This document shows, one piece after another, positions 12,821 through 26,779 of a stretch of 64,000 nt of DNA. The stretch spans positions 31,806,001 to 31,870,000 of the forward strand of contig NC_086115.1 in NCBI RefSeq assembly GCF_963921235.1, given 5' to 3'. Made by a program: the position numbers and the translations under genes. The notes under the pieces are model-generated. The model ran no database searches, had not been told where the DNA came from, and saw only the letters and a list, made by a program, of their open reading frames with translations. Position 1 is the stretch's first letter. Each line of letters opens with the position of its first letter. The DNA is from Mobula hypostoma. Its lineage: Eukaryota.

Positions 12821-14714
12821 ACTATTGCACTATTTATGTGTTTATTATAACTTATCATAATTTATTACACCTGCACTGTACTGCTGCCAGAATGACCAAG
12901 ATCTATTTCCCTGTGTGTTGGACTCTTCTGAATTTAAAACTGCCATTGTCAGTAGTATCTAGTTTTAATATAGCACTGTAGAATTTATACTGCATGGTAC
13001 ACTGCATTTCTGCACATTCCAATGAGTTCTCTTAAAAAAGAGAATTATATTTCCCATAAATTAGATACAAATCCTCAGTGAGGTGATGCAATTATAGGCA
13101 GAGACTGCTAGACCTACAGCCTGACATAAAGCTGGCTTGAAATGTTTACTTTGAAACAAATGCAAAACATTACAACACAGTGGAGACTCCACACACTGAA
13201 GACAAATGGTAAATTTTGCATTTATGTCTCTTTTCAGATGCATTATATTTTTCAACACACTGCTTTAATGGAGTAAAACGATCTAAGTACTTCATGAGGG
13301 CTGAATCAAAGATAATTTTGTATTAAGCCAAATACAGAGGGAGTATGGCAAAAGGCTTGATTACTGAGGCAGACTTTAAGGACCTAGGAAAAGGTGGGAA
13401 GAGGATTTTGAGGAGGAAATTCCAAAGCCTGGGGCTTTCAGGTTCTGATATTTTAACATTTCACCAGCCTAGTACGTGTGGATGATAACCTCTCCTCATC
13501 ATTCTGATACTGAAAACATTCAAAGAATGAACTTGTGTAAACTGTGGAAGATATTTAAGGGATTTGATATTGTGGATTAAATGAAACCATTTCCTTTGGT
13601 AGCAGATTCCAGATCAGTTGACATGGCATTACAATTAGAGACAGACAGTTCACCTGTGATATTTGATGGCACTAATTCACATAGACTGCAGTTATCTAGA
13701 ACCTCAATGCCAAAAGATGGCCGAGAGTATATCACTTACAGCTTCAGAACTAGAACTTATATATAGCAAGAGTATTAGGTATATGAAGAAATGAATCCTG
13801 ATCAAGACCATAAATAAGGACCAACATATAATGTACCTTTACAGGTGTGTTTATGAGGAATTTACCATGGTGTGTTGATCAGGGTGTGATATGCCACAAA
13901 AAAAAATTCAGCTATTATAAAAATAAACTATCTAAAAAAAAAGATAGAGGTTAAAGTACAGTTATGCTATACCTAAATACAAGCATGTATTTACACAATG
14001 TAATCAGTGTTATAAAAAGTGGTTCAAACGTGTTTACAGTGCAGTGCGATGATGGGGATAATAGATAGAGGGGGTTGGGGGTTAACTAGAATGGTTGATC
14101 ATTTTAACTGCTTAGGGGAAGAAACTATTAACGTGCAGGAAGTCTGTCCCCCGTGCCTCTGTTTCAAGAGGTTCAGGAGAAGCAGAAATAATAAGTAGTC
14201 AAATAGCGATTTTTAAAATTCTGATATTACAAGTTGTTTGTTTATTGATTACTGACAGTGGAAAGAAGTAGACCCGTTGGTGATTGCCTGGTGGTTATTT
14301 TTACCACTGCTCTGCATTGGTCATTCAATATGGCAGGAGACAAAACCATGCCTTTTGTTTTGGCACCTTCTCTGATCATTGTTGTGACAGTTTATTATAT
14401 TTGAAAAAGTCTGCTGACAGAATAGCAAGAATTGTGAAAGCAGGAAATTAAAGGCACCAAGAAAGCAACAGAATGCCTTAAATCTTGAAATGACTCTGGA
14501 TCTCCTTTTTGATCAGTTAATTGAGTATTGATTTGAGGGGTACACAGAAGATACATGAGCTCAATAAGCAGCACTAAAGACAGGAAGTGGCAGAAGCAAT
14601 ATTTAGAGCCAACCACTGTGGACTCTTGAGTAAGAACCTTTTTGACAGAAAGAAAGGCCAGCACATATAATAAATTAAAACAAGAGTGCAAAAGGATAAT
14701 AACTAGCAGATTAC

Positions 14715-15270
14715 AAACACGACATTCTTCAGATACTGGAAATTCAGAGCAACACACACAAAATGCTGGAGGAACTCTGCAAGTCAGGCAGCGTCTATGG
14801 AAGTGAACAAGCAGTCAATGTTTCTCCAGGACTTGAAAGCAAGAGAGAAGATGCCAGAATAAAAAGGTGGGGAAGAGGGGAAGGAGGACTAGCTAGAAAG
14901 TGACAGGTGAAACTAGTGGGTGGGAAGGGTAAAGGGCTAGAGAAGAAGGAATCTGATAGGAGAGGAGAGTGGACCATTGGAGAAAGGCTACAAGGAAGGG
15001 CACCAAGGGGAGGTGACAGGCAGGTAAGGAGGAGTGGTAAGAGGCCAAAGTGGGGAATAGAAGCAGAGAGAAGGGGGAGGTAAAAAGAAACAAAGAGAAA
15101 AAAATTACCAAAGGAGAAATCAATGTTTGTGCAATCAGGTTGGAGACTACCTAAACAGAATATCAGGTGTTGCTCCTCCAGCCTGAGAGTGGCCTCACCA
15201 TAGCAAAAGGGGAAACCATGCACTGATGTGTCAGAGTGGGAATGGGGATAGTAGATAAAATAGTTACCCA
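14715..15270 (-). mobile_element. Penelope-like 3' fragment
   Basis: HSHSDTSVHG..LRLEEQHLIFCLGSLQPD plus pseudo-LTR tail. Confidence 0.85.
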
Positions 15271-15479
15271 GTCCCACACACCTAGGACTTTTCAGCATGT
15301 TTAGCTGGAAAATTATTTTTTTTTTCCAAAGTCAATCTACTTAGGAGCTATGATCAGGTGCCTGTGTGCTCAGAGGGCATTCCTAAAATGACTGTGATAA
15401 CCCTGTTTGGCCTCTGAGTTTCTGCACATGCCACTTGGGCTGAAAAATGCAGCACAGACTTTCCAACGGCTGTATTAAA

Positions 15480-17568
15480 AGACTTAGATTTTCTTTTTGT
15501 TTTGACATACTTGTCAGCAGTGCATCCAAATCCACACACATATCTCATCTCCACACATTTTGAGCACTTGAGCCAACATGGGCTGATTATTAACCCTGCT
15601 AAATGCCAGTTTGGGTTGTCAACCAGTAACTTTCTCAGCCATCGCATCTCCACAGAAGGTGCGAAACTCCTCCCATCGAAGGTAGCAGCTATGGATTTCC
15701 CACCGTCCCACAGTACTAAAAAACTATAGTAGTTTTTTGGCATGGTGGATTTCTATGACCACTTCAATCCATGAGCTGCTGAATTTATGCTTCCCCTGTA
15801 TAGTGGGCTTAAAGGCAATACCCCTAATCTTGTGCTTGACTGGTCAGTGGGATATGGCCAAGGCATTTGATGATACCAAACAAGCTCTTTCCAATGTGAC
15901 CGTACTGGTGCACGCACCTCTCGATGCATCTATAGCCACTACTACTGATGCTTCAGACTATGCTGTGGGTGTTTGCACGAATAGTTGGCCATAGGATGTG
16001 GCAGCCACTCACCTTCTTCAGCCACAATTACAGCATGTTAGACTGTGAGGTTCCTGGTCTCTATCGGCCTGTCCGCCATTTTCCTTTTCCTCTAGAGGGG
16101 CACCAATTTACAGCATTTGCTGACCACAAATCCCTCATGCATCCGATGACCAAAATATCAGACACTTGGTCTGCATGGCAGCAACGCCAACTGGCCTACA
16201 TGTCTGTTTTCACAACCGACATACAACATATCGAAGGGAAAAATAATGCTATGGCTGATTGCCTTTCACAGCCAGCTGTTGAGGCCATACACAAGAGACT
16301 GGCATGGCAGCCGACCAAGCGACTGACCTAGAGGTCCAGGCTTACAGAACAGCAGTCACAGGCCTGTGGTTGGCTGACATTAAGTTTGGGGAAGCTGGTG
16401 TTTCTCTCCTGTACAGTGTCTCAACCAATCGCCCTTGCCCCATTGTGCTTGCAAACTGGAGGCAGACTGCTCATGGCCTCTCACAGCTGCGTCGCAAGGC
16501 TTCACAGAAACCTGCTGCACTAAAGTTTGCGTGGCACAGCCTCAGAAAGTACGTGCAAGAGTGGCCTGCAGCTGGTGTGGAGTGCCAGTGGGCAAAAATT
16601 AACCATCACGTCCAGGCACCATTGACAGTTTTTGAGGTCCCTGAGTGACGGTTTGACCATATCAATGTGAACCTTGCCGGTCCTCCTCCTCCCTCCTGCG
16701 GTTTCATGCACCTCTTTACTGTACCATGGTGGGTCGTACCACCAGCTGGCCAGAAGTCATCTCTCTAGTATCGATAATGGCTGCAGACATCGCTCGGGCG
16801 TTCACCAGCACCTGGCACGCTTAGTTTGGCACCCCATCTTATATTTCTTCTGACCAGAGTCTCCAATTCACATCAAACCTCTGGGCTGCAATGGCTCAGA
16901 ACTTTGGTGCTAGGCTACATCACACCACAGCGTATCGTTGGCCAGCCTCTCAACAGTGATCCACCATCCTCAGTAAATTCAATTCCCTTGCACCCATTTC
17001 TACCTCCCATCAAGCACTCTTGGGTTCCTGAAGGTCTACATTCCACCTCATTTGCTTTCATCCATCACAATGCACACCAACATCCCCTTACGCCTCCCTA
17101 TGATGGAACGGGGAGAAAAAGACTTTTATCATCGGTAAGAGAGGTAAACCTGAATGGGTTTCGGTAGATCACCTTAAACCAGCCCACCAAGATTTGGGGG
17201 ATTCCGCTACTCTGACCCTGCTGCCACGACATGACCATGAGCATGTCAACACCTCTGGACAAGCCAGAGGCACCTGCTGTTCCTCCACCCGTGGAACACA
17301 GGACCTGAGTCAGGTGGTCCATCCGAGCTCTGGACAGACCCACAATGCCAGTTTTAGTGAATTGTTGGCTGGGGTGGCCCGCATAGGGTAATTTAATTGG
17401 TGAAAGCACACAGAATTCACAACCACCGACATTCAGTTGGGGCTGGTCTGGCGCGATGACGTAATTACGTAAAGTACTTTTACTGCACTTGGTGTTCAAT
17501 AAATGAATTGTTATGATTTTTCTTAAACATAAAACACCTCCACTGTTTTATTTGCTAAAACTTATACA
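15480..17568 (+). mobile_element. Degenerate Gypsy/Ty3 LTR retrotransposon (RT end, RNase H, integrase, probable 3' LTR ~17380-17568)
   Basis: Frameshifted motifs HGLIINPAKCQFG, TTDASDYAVG, FTAFADHKSL, IQHIEGKNNAMADCLS, and an integrase zinc-finger/core relic; LTR-like segment with AATAAA ending in TACA. Confidence 0.88.
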
Positions 17569-17950
17569 GACTCCTAGTGCAAAGAATGGAACACCTTCAT
17601 TGCCTTCCTACATAAAGCCAAAGTTTTTAAAAAATATCAAAAATCACTATTTGACTCGGCGTTCATAGGTGTAAATGGATAATGTAACTCAAGCACATGT
17701 AACTGACGCTATTTAAAAACAGTTCGCTCCATAGTATCTAATGCCCACACAAACACACATCACTGATGCTCGTTAGAAACTTTGGAAGTTCCTTCTCGCA
17801 GTTAAGAGGTATAGTGTCCCAAATAAATAAAAGGAAACTCGTCTATTTTCTCAATTAGTTTTTGTTCTTTAAGAGTTGTCCCAAATAAATAGCTGCCCTG
17901 ATTAACCTATGCACCCACAATTTCAAGAAAGTCTACTGGACTCTACTCAC

Positions 17951-18116
17951 CTGCACTTTCCTAACTTGTCTTCCTAAAGTAGATTGCCTCACTGCACAAA
18001 AATACACCCAAATCTTTCTTCCTGTTTCAGTAACCTGGATATTAATCCGATTCTTCTGGAGGCCTCTTCGTTTAATGCCAAATTCTTAGCCTCAGTCTCA
18101 CCAGCAACATCCAAGT
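17951..18116 (-). other. Candidate exon of an unidentified minus-strand transcript
   Basis: Acceptor tatattttatgtAG, consensus donor CAG|GTGAGT; unique sequence; frame LDVAGETEAKNLALNEEASRRIGLISRLLKQEERFGCIFVQ*. Confidence 0.35.
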
Positions 18117-18259
18117 CTACATAAAATATAAACTAGACCTATCAGTTTGGCACACTGTGAATAAATAAGTATGACAGAGATTAGTGCCTGTATCACCACC
18201 ACTTGTAATCAATTGAAACAAACTCTAAACTAATTGAAATTGTAAACATGTAGCATGTA

Positions 18260-19910
18260 AAGAGGACTCAAGGAAATCTAGCCAAGTAATATGAGTGAGC
18301 AAGAACATGGTTGTGGCAAGTTGAGAGGTGAGCCACTCTGGGTTGTGTTGTTGTCCAAAGGTCCAAGGTGTGATGTATATGTCATGGAAGGCCAGCATGC
18401 AGGTACAATACACAAATAAAAGGGCAACTTGTATATTAATCCTAATTATGAGCAAATCTGAACAAAGGAGTAAGAAATCCATTACAATTACAGAGGGGCC
18501 TTGGGTCAACTGTAATATATTGACCACAGCTCTGAGCCCCTTATTGTTGGATTGGGATGGAGAATTGTTATTTTTCTTGTAGTTTTACTTTCTTATGTCT
18601 GTTTGCATTTTTATATAACCACCTATGCACATATAATTGTTCAGTGAGTTTTCCAGTAATTGTGGTGCAGTTTTTCAGGAAATTTCTTGGTTTCAGTGGC
18701 AGGCATCACATTTCCTGAATCTGGCTATCTTATTGTTTAATTGTTGGCAACAGAGTTTTCTGTCACTAGAAGACCACATTACTCCTTCCTTTATTCTCTT
18801 TTGCCACACTTCTTTGTCCTCTCTATATTTGCTCTTGTCAGACAATAAAGCGATTGTAAGCAAGAAGTTAGATGCCTCATTCTTGACATCCAAACAACCT
18901 TTGGATCCCAAAAGCAACAGGATCCACCATTATATAACAAAGGATCCACGGGGAGTATAGGGTATATTTACTAGATCTGTTCCATATAATGGCACATTTT
19001 TCATATGAAAGATTGAGTAGACTGGCTCTTCTTTTCCTCTGGACTTCTGGAGTCCCACTAAAATATAGATCGTTTTGAAGGGGCTTGTCAGGCTCTAAGA
19101 AATGAAGATGATTCCCATGGTTCCCCTTACTGAGGAGTTTAAAATCAGGGGGCACATTTTAAGAATAAGGTACAAACACTGATGAGGCAAAACTTCTTCA
19201 TCCAGAGGAACACACACAAAATGCTGGAGGAACTCAGCAGGCCAGGCAGCATCTGTGGAAAAGAGTAGTCGCCATTTCGGGCCGAGACCCTTCACCAGGT
19301 CTGGAGAAAAAAGGTGAGAAGTCAGAGTAAGGAGATGTGGGCAGGGGTGGAAGGAATACAGGTAACAGGTGAAACCGGGAGAGAGGGAGGAGGGAAGTAA
19401 AGAGCTGGGAAGTCCATTGGTGAAAGAGATACTGTAAAGGGCTGGAGAAGGGGGAATCTGATAGGAGAAGACAGAAGGCCATGGAAGGAAGGGAAGGGGG
19501 AAGGAGCACCAGAGGGAGGTGATGGGCAGGTAAGGAGATAAGGTGAGAGAGGGAAATGGGAATGGGGAACAGTGAAGGGGGAGGTGGGAGCATTACCAGA
19601 AGTTCAAGAAATCGACGTTCATGCCATCAGGTTGGAGGCTACCCAGATGGAATATAAGGTGTTACTCCTCTAACCTGATTGGCACAGTAGAGTAGGATGA
19701 ACCTTTGGAATTCTCCATCTCAGAGGGCAGTGGAGTCTCACTCATTAAATTTATTCATCACGCATTCATAGATTTCAGGACATTAATGAAATCGTGGGAT
19801 ATGGTATAGTACGAAGAATGACACTGCTATAGATGATCAGCTATGATCTTAATGAATGGTGGAGCAGACTTGAGGGACCCAACGGCCTTCTCCTGCCCTT
19901 ATGTTCCTAA
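18260..19910 (+). mobile_element. Old CR1 LINE 3' region, interrupted by a probable RTE relic (~18520-18900, -) and a Penelope fragment (19208-19680, -)
   Basis: Degenerate KASMQVQ..KRA..EQRSK segment and CR1 3' UTR at ~19830-19910; Penelope pseudo-LTR gctggaggaactcagcaggccaggcagcatc. Confidence 0.65.
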
Positions 19911-21009
19911 GTTCACAATGTTCCTATCAATCTGACAACAAACCTTAGTATCAATCCTTATTTCCTGCTTATTAACCCATTTCACATCCATGCTGCTCCG
20001 TGTCTTCTAATGTTTCAAATATGAACTTCTGTAACAAGCCAATTTAATTCTTCCCTTATTCTATACCATTCTTTTGTATTGTGCTTCCACTGGAAATTCA
20101 TCAAAGTCCATTTCTTAAATAAACTATTTCATCATGTGCAAACTCCAGTATAGCAAGGATAGTTGAAGTCCTGTGTCATCTGATATTTGCTCCTACTGTA
20201 CTTTGAATCATTCTACTTTTTCATTATTAGATGTTAGCATTCAGCAGCCTGAGCTACACTGGTGAGGTAAGCCACTAGTTTGGTTCAGTGGAATGTGGTC
20301 TTACTATGTGCTCTTTTCTGCTCTGGTTATGCCCTCAGCCATACACTCAATCTATTGTCTATAACGTGAAATGCACATTTCAGTTACAATAATTGTCACA
20401 TATATAGCAGGTCAAAAAAAAAGGATTCCATTCTCTGCTAAGACCAGACCAACATGCAGCTTATGACTTAACCAAGGTGAAGGGACACCATTTTCAATAT
20501 GATCTGTTACGTGAATGACAACAGCTCCACAGTGCTGACATAAACAGACCAATGCTGTCTGGCTGAAAGAAACACTTATATTTATTCGTGACTTCAGGAT
20601 GAAGCACTTCAGAGAAAGGGCACTAATGAACTTACTGCTCATGATCAGCAATTACACAGCCATTGGACTCATCACTGATGGCTATTTGTCGGCATGATAG
20701 AGAAGGGCAGCAGCATCAAGATCATAGATTTAAAGCTTTGAATATAAAAGCATTTCAAGTACCACATAAAACTAGGTGTGTGTGCTACAAACACAGTTCT
20801 TCCACATTTAGGAGCTGCATTTTATAGCCAGTGGCATTCATAAAGTGTTCAATAAATCAGACATGCATTAAGCTCATCAGTATAAAGACCCATTTACGAA
20901 GCAGGTAGGAGCTCAAAGCCGGATTGACTCAAAGATGTTGATGCATAATAGAACAGAAACAGCTATTGACACAAAGCAGATTAAGAGCAGCTGTCAATAG
21001 AAAAGACCA

Positions 21010-21420
21010 ATTTACACTCATCAAGTATCCGTTTGTTCTGTGCTGTGTCATATGACGGAGGTGATCATGGTCTTTCCATAACCGTGACCGTTCTTGGCAA
21101 ATTTTTCCACACAAGAGGTTTGCCATCACCTTCTTCTGGACAATGCCTTTATAAGACGGGTGACTCCCAACCATTGTCAATACTCTTCAGAGGTTGTCTG
21201 CCTGACATCAGCGGATGCACAACCAGGACTAGTGATATGTACCAGCTGCTCATATGACCATCCACTCCACCTGCTTCTATGGCTTCACGTGACCCTGATC
21301 GGGTGGGGGGGGGGTTGCTAAGAAGGTGCTACACCTTGCCCAAGAGTGACCTGCAAGTAGCGGAGGAAAGAAATGCCTTACACTTCCTTTGGTAGAGATG
21401 TATCTCCATCCTGCTACCCA
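21010..21420 (-). mobile_element. Probable non-autonomous retroposon (SINE-like)
   Basis: Discrete GC-richer block that looks like an RTE-tailed non-autonomous element; family not identified. Confidence 0.35.
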
Positions 21421-21439
21421 AAGCTTTTATTGAAACAGA

Positions 21440-22248
21440 ATGTGAGGTTATCCACTTTGGTGGCAAGAACAGGAAAAGAGATTATTATCTGAATGGTAGC
21501 CGATCAGGAAAAGGGGAGGTGCAACGAGACCTGGGTGTCATTGTACACCAGTCATTGAAAGTGGGCATGCAGGTACAGCAGGCGGTGAAGAAGGCGAATG
21601 GTATGCTAGCATTCATAGCAAGAGGATTCGAGTACAGGAGCAGGGAGGTACTACTGCAGTTGTACAAGGCCTTGGTGAGACCACACCTGGAGTATTGTGT
21701 GCAGTTTTGGTCCTCTAATCTGAGGAAAGATATTCTTGCCATGGAGGGAGTACAAAGAAGGTTCACCAGATTGATTCCTGGGATGGGACGACTTTCATAT
21801 AATGAAAGACTGGATCGACTAGGCTTGTACTCTCTGGAATTTAGAAGATTGAGGGGGTGATCTGATTGAAACGTATAAAATTCTAAAGGGGTTGGACAGG
21901 CTAGATGCAGGAAGATTATTCCCAATGTTGGGGAAGTCCAGAGCAAGGGGTCACAGATTGAGGATAAAGGGGAAGCCTTTTAGGACTGAGATGAGGAAAA
22001 ACTTCACACAGAGAGTGGTGAATCTGTGGAATTCTCTGCCACAGGAAACAGTTGAGGCCAGTTCATTGGCTATAATTAAGAGGGAGTTAGATATGGCCCT
22101 TGTGGCTAAAGGGATCAGGGGGTATGGAGAGAAGGCAGGTACAGGGTTCTGATTTGGATGATCAGCCATGATCGTACTGAATGGCAGTGCAGCCTTGAAG
22201 GGCTGAATGGCCTACTCCTGCACCTATTTTCTATGTTTCAATGTTTCT
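21440..22248 (+). mobile_element. CR1 LINE 3' fragment (young)
   Basis: QRDLGVIVHQSLK..LVRPHLEYCVQFWS..FTQRVVNLWNSLP; (ctatgttt)n tail; closely similar to 38407-39215 in the opposite orientation. Confidence 0.95.
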
Positions 22249-22989
22249 AACGCTGAATGATTATAAAGTATATTAGCAGGACTGTGGAATAAAAGCTGGG
22301 TGACTGCTGTGGTGATGGTGCATTAGGGTTATACCCAAGAAGGGGTTATAAAATCTGGGCTAACTGTCAGCCACACTGAGGGAGAACAGCAATCAGCGCT
22401 GTGCTTATTTTCAAAGAAATCTACCCTACATTCTTCAAACTATTCAAGTTGATAACTTCTTTTTTCTATTACTTAGCTGATTGTTTTGCAAGCCCAAACT
22501 CTCCTAAGATGCCATCGTCTCACATTTTGCAGAAAAATGTCAGAGTTTCAATGCCATTAAATTTGGAGTATGTTTTTATAGACGCTTGAACTGTCTTTTT
22601 ATGACTGTTCTTCAATATTCAGTCAATGTGGAGAAAAAAGCTTAGGGCAGTTACCCAGCACTAATGCTGGGAATCTACACAAACAACCTTTGTCAGGATA
22701 GAAGAATGTATCAACCTGCAGATGCTTAAAATCTGAAACAAAAAGCAAAGAATTCCCGAAGATTATCACTGAGTCAGTCAGCAACTGTGGGCAAGGAAAC
22801 AAAATTTCTATTTTCAAGTCAGTGAAAAAGTCATTAATCTGAAACTTTAACGTTCTCCACAAATGCTGCCTGACCCACTAAGAATTCCAGCATCTTCATA
22901 TTCTTTTCCTTTTCTGGTTAGAACTAAAGCAGGAAAAGCATTTTCCAGAAGGAGCTGCAAGTGATCGTGTTAAGTTTGATTGAATTTAC

Positions 22990-23080
22990 CTTGTTTGGAT
23001 TGCTTCAGTTTATTGAATGTACCTGTTTTTAGACTTTGTTCCTTTTTAATCATTTTAAGGCACTTTGGTGTTATCCTCAT
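22990..23080 (-). other. Candidate 91-nt exon
   Basis: Acceptor ctgacttattgcAG, donor AAG|GTAAAT; open frame MRITPKCLKMIKKEQSLKTGTFNKLKQSKQ. Confidence 0.3.
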
Positions 23081-24411
23081 CTGCAATAAGTCAGTAGCAA
23101 GTATGAATGGATTGCTGCTTACTAGGAAATCTGGGCCATTAGGCTCACCAGCATGGATTAGACGCCAGTTCCCATAGGTACTCTCATCCCAGGAACCTGC
23201 ATATGTAATCAGGGCAAACACATACCCATTCTCCCAATCTACCCAAGTTCTTCTGCAGACTCCCTGTTCTCTCAACATTGCCTGCCCCCCCCCCTCCACC
23301 ACTCTTTGTATCATCTGCTAACCTGTCCACAAAGCCATCAATTCTGTCATCCAAAACACTGACATATAATGTGAGAAGAAGCAGTAACCACTGCTAAACG
23401 CCGTTAGTCACCAGCATCCAACCAGAAAAGGCTCCCTTTATTCTCACTCCTTACCTTCTGCCAGTCAGCCAATCTAGTCCATACTAGTATCTTTCTTGTA
23501 ATATCATGGGCTCTATCTGATTTACCATCCTCCTGTGCGGCACCCGGTCAAATGTCTTCTGAAAATCCAAATATGCAAGGAAAGCTTTTCACCTTCTTGG
23601 TTCCATGTGACAATAATACAATTCCAATTCCAATTTGTTGTGATTTGTGGAAGTGTGCTGTGGGTAAATCTCCTGGCTAAGTGCCCACACTACAACAGTG
23701 GCCAGACCTCAATGAACCTCACTGGCCGTGAAGTACATTGGTCTTGTCATGAGACTTTGACTTTCATTTCCTTATCAACAATAAAAGGCATAACTTTGGA
23801 GTACTGCACTCCCTCAGGATGGCTCTGGAAGTATTGCCTGGACTTTATAATCACGTTTCTGGCATAGACTTTGATATCAGAACCTTCGAGGCAAGAGTGC
23901 TATTACCTTGAATGTGAAAGAGGATCCACATTGTACATGTTATAGCCTTGAGCATGTCTACAAAATCATGGTCATTTCACTTCAAAGAAATATATTCTAA
24001 ATCAATTACCTTTGCACCATTGTTGTTTTGTATTAAGATTTGCAGAGAACCGTGCAAGATTGCTGAGTGATATGCAGCACAAGCAACTTATTTTGAACTA
24101 GAAACCTACAATTTTATAGTTAAATCACAATCTCTTCCAAACAATCTATATGGAAATTCGTCACCTCTCCACAATGCTGAGAGGTTAAAATTCAACAAAA
24201 TACTGAGAATTGATGAAGATATTCTTCTCAACACCACACATACCAGAAATTATTTTATTTCCAATTACTATACCTCAGAAAACTATAACTAATTAAGTTC
24301 ATGCAGCAATGTTGGAAGTCTTATTTCCTTCTTTTGATTTATCTTGTTTAATTAGTAATATAGTGTTTGACCTGGAGGGATACAGGTAATGACCATGATA
24401 ATCTTCTGTAG

Positions 24412-25735
24412 CCTGTCTCTGTCTCTGGAGACAGCTTATCCACTGATGTCTACTATAAGTCTACTGACTCTCACAGCTATCTGGACTATTCCTCTTCTCA
24501 CCCTGTCTCTTGCAAAAACTCCATCCCCTTCTCACAATTCTTCCGTCTCCGCCTCATCTGCTCTCAGGATGAGGCTTTTCATTCTAGGACGAGGGAGATG
24601 TCTTCCTTTTTTAAAGAAAGGGGCTTCCCTTCCTCCACTATCAACTCTGCTCTTAAACGTATCTCCCCCATTTCACGTACATCTGCTCTCACTCCATCCT
24701 CCCACCACCCCACTAGGAATAGGGTTCCCCTGGTCCTCACCTACCACCCCACCAGCCTCCAGGTCCAACATATTATTCTCCGTAACTTCCGCCACCTCCA
24801 ATGGGATCCCACCACTAAGCACATCTTTCCCTCCCCCCCCTCTGCATTCCGCAGGGATCGCTCCCTACACAACTCCCTTGTCCATTCATCCCCCCCATCC
24901 CTCCCCACTGATCTCCCTCCTGGCACTTATCCGTGTAAGCGGAACAAGTGCTACACATGCCCTTACACTTCCTCCCTTACCACCATTCAGGGCCCCAAAC
25001 AGTCCTTCCAGGTGAGGCAACACTTCACCTGTGAGTCGACTGGGGTGATATACTGCGTCCGGTGCTCCCGATGTGGCCTTTTATATATTGGTGAGACCTG
25101 ACGCAGACTGGGAGACCGCTTTGTTGAACATCTACGCTCTGTCCGCCAGAGAAAGCAGGATCTCCCAGTGGCCACACATTTTAATTCCACATCCCATTCC
25201 CATTCTGACATGTCTGTCCACGGCCTCCTCTACTGTGGAGATGAAGCCACACTCAGGTTGGAGGAACAACACCTTATATTCCGTCTGGGTAGCCTCCAAC
25301 CTGATGGCATGAACATCGACTTCTCTAACTTCCGCTAAGGCCCCACCTCCCCCTCGTACCCCATCTGTTACTCATTTTTATGCACACATTCTTTCTCTCA
25401 CTCTCCTTTTTCTCCCTCTGTCCCTCTGAATATACCTCTTGCCCATCCTCTGGGTCAACCCCCCCCCCTTGTCTTTCTTCCCGGACCTCCTGTCCCATGA
25501 TCCTCTCGTATCCCCTTTTGCCTATCACCTGTCCAGCTCTCGGCTCTATCCCTCCCCCTCCTGTCTTCTCCTATCATTTTGGATCTCCCCCTCCCCCTCT
25601 AACTTTCAAATCCCTTACTCACTCTTCCTTCAGTTAGTCCTGACGAAGGGTCTCATCCTGAAACGTCGACTGCACCTCTTCCTATAGATGCTGCTTGGCC
25701 TGCTGCGTTCACCAGCAACTTTGATGTATGTTGCT
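24412..25735 (+). mobile_element. Penelope-like retroelement, 5'-truncated
   Basis: ORF 24598-25101 with CKRNKCYTC..GVIYCVRCSRCGLLYIGET (premature stop); near-identical to 5360-6782. Confidence 0.93.
25636..25671 (+). ncRNA. Minimal type-I hammerhead ribozyme motif
   Basis: agtc-CTGACGA-agggtctcatcct-GAAA-cgtc^gact. Confidence 0.72.
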
Positions 25736-26037
25736 ACTATTTTAAAGTTTTGATAGTTATTCACGAAATACAAATTAAAAATGCCTCGGCAAATCATAGT
25801 ACCTCCTTTTAAAAAACTTTCCCAAATGCAGAATCTCTCACTAATTCTGAAAATCCCAACACACTTCATCATCAATAAAATAATTACCAAAGTGCAATCA
25901 GTGCCCCAAAACTATTTAATAAAGAGATATTTTAAATGCTGAGTTTCATTTTCTTCTTGGAAGCGCTAAACAATTTAATCGTCTCTTCTTACCTCTCCAA
26001 TCTCCTTTTCTCTCCCTCCTTCTATTTTGCTATCTCT

Positions 26038-26212
26038 AACAAGAGAAAATCTGCAGATGCTGGAAACCCAAGCAACGCACACAAAATGCTGGAGGAACTC
26101 AGCAGGCCAGGCAGCATCTTTGGAAACGTCTTGGGCCGAAACGGCGACTATACTTTTTTCCATAGATGCTGTGTGGCCTGCTGAGTTCCTCCAGTATTTT
26201 GTGTACTTTGCT
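26038..26212. mobile_element. Fold-back mini-element made of two inverted Penelope pseudo-LTR tails
   Basis: Arm 26071-26128 is the approximate reverse complement of 26157-26212. Confidence 0.8.
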
Positions 26213-26779
26213 ATCTGTTCCTGATTTGACTCAAATTCCCCAGTTAAAAATCACCTCCTTCTTTGTTGTTCCTTCCTGAATCATTAACATGCCTGCATTG
26301 AAATGATGGTTGCTTGCCTGATTGTTCAACAAGGTCTTAACTGTCCTCACCTCTGTGTGTTCCCTGACCAGAAACTATGGATGAACTGGGTAATCCACTC
26401 CCTACTGAGGTCCAAAACTGCAGTATTCAGAACAGGCACCCCAACCTTTACACGAATTTGAGATACGACATCTGTAAAGCTTTCAGTAAACGAGATAATA
26501 CCAGTCCAAAATCAAATCCCAGCGGTCAGTTTTGGCAATGCTTATATGCTACAACAGGACACAAGACAAAGTCAGGCCAGCACTGCCAATAAAAGCTTAA
26601 CATATTCTGTACAAATTTTGAACAGAAGGGGATTGGAATGCCACCACCCACCTTGAATACATCTAAACCCTCAGTCACCAGGAACTGAACCATTGAAAAG
26701 CATCTTTCCCAGATGGTGTCCCGAGCTGTGTCCTTAGATCCTATACAAATCCACTGGTGGGAATACTTGCAGACATTTT

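Noticed and set aside
18693-18917. 74-aa ORF as a host exon
   Set aside because: Lies inside a CR1 relic and resembles a decayed RTE C-terminus (D..W...I.EG).
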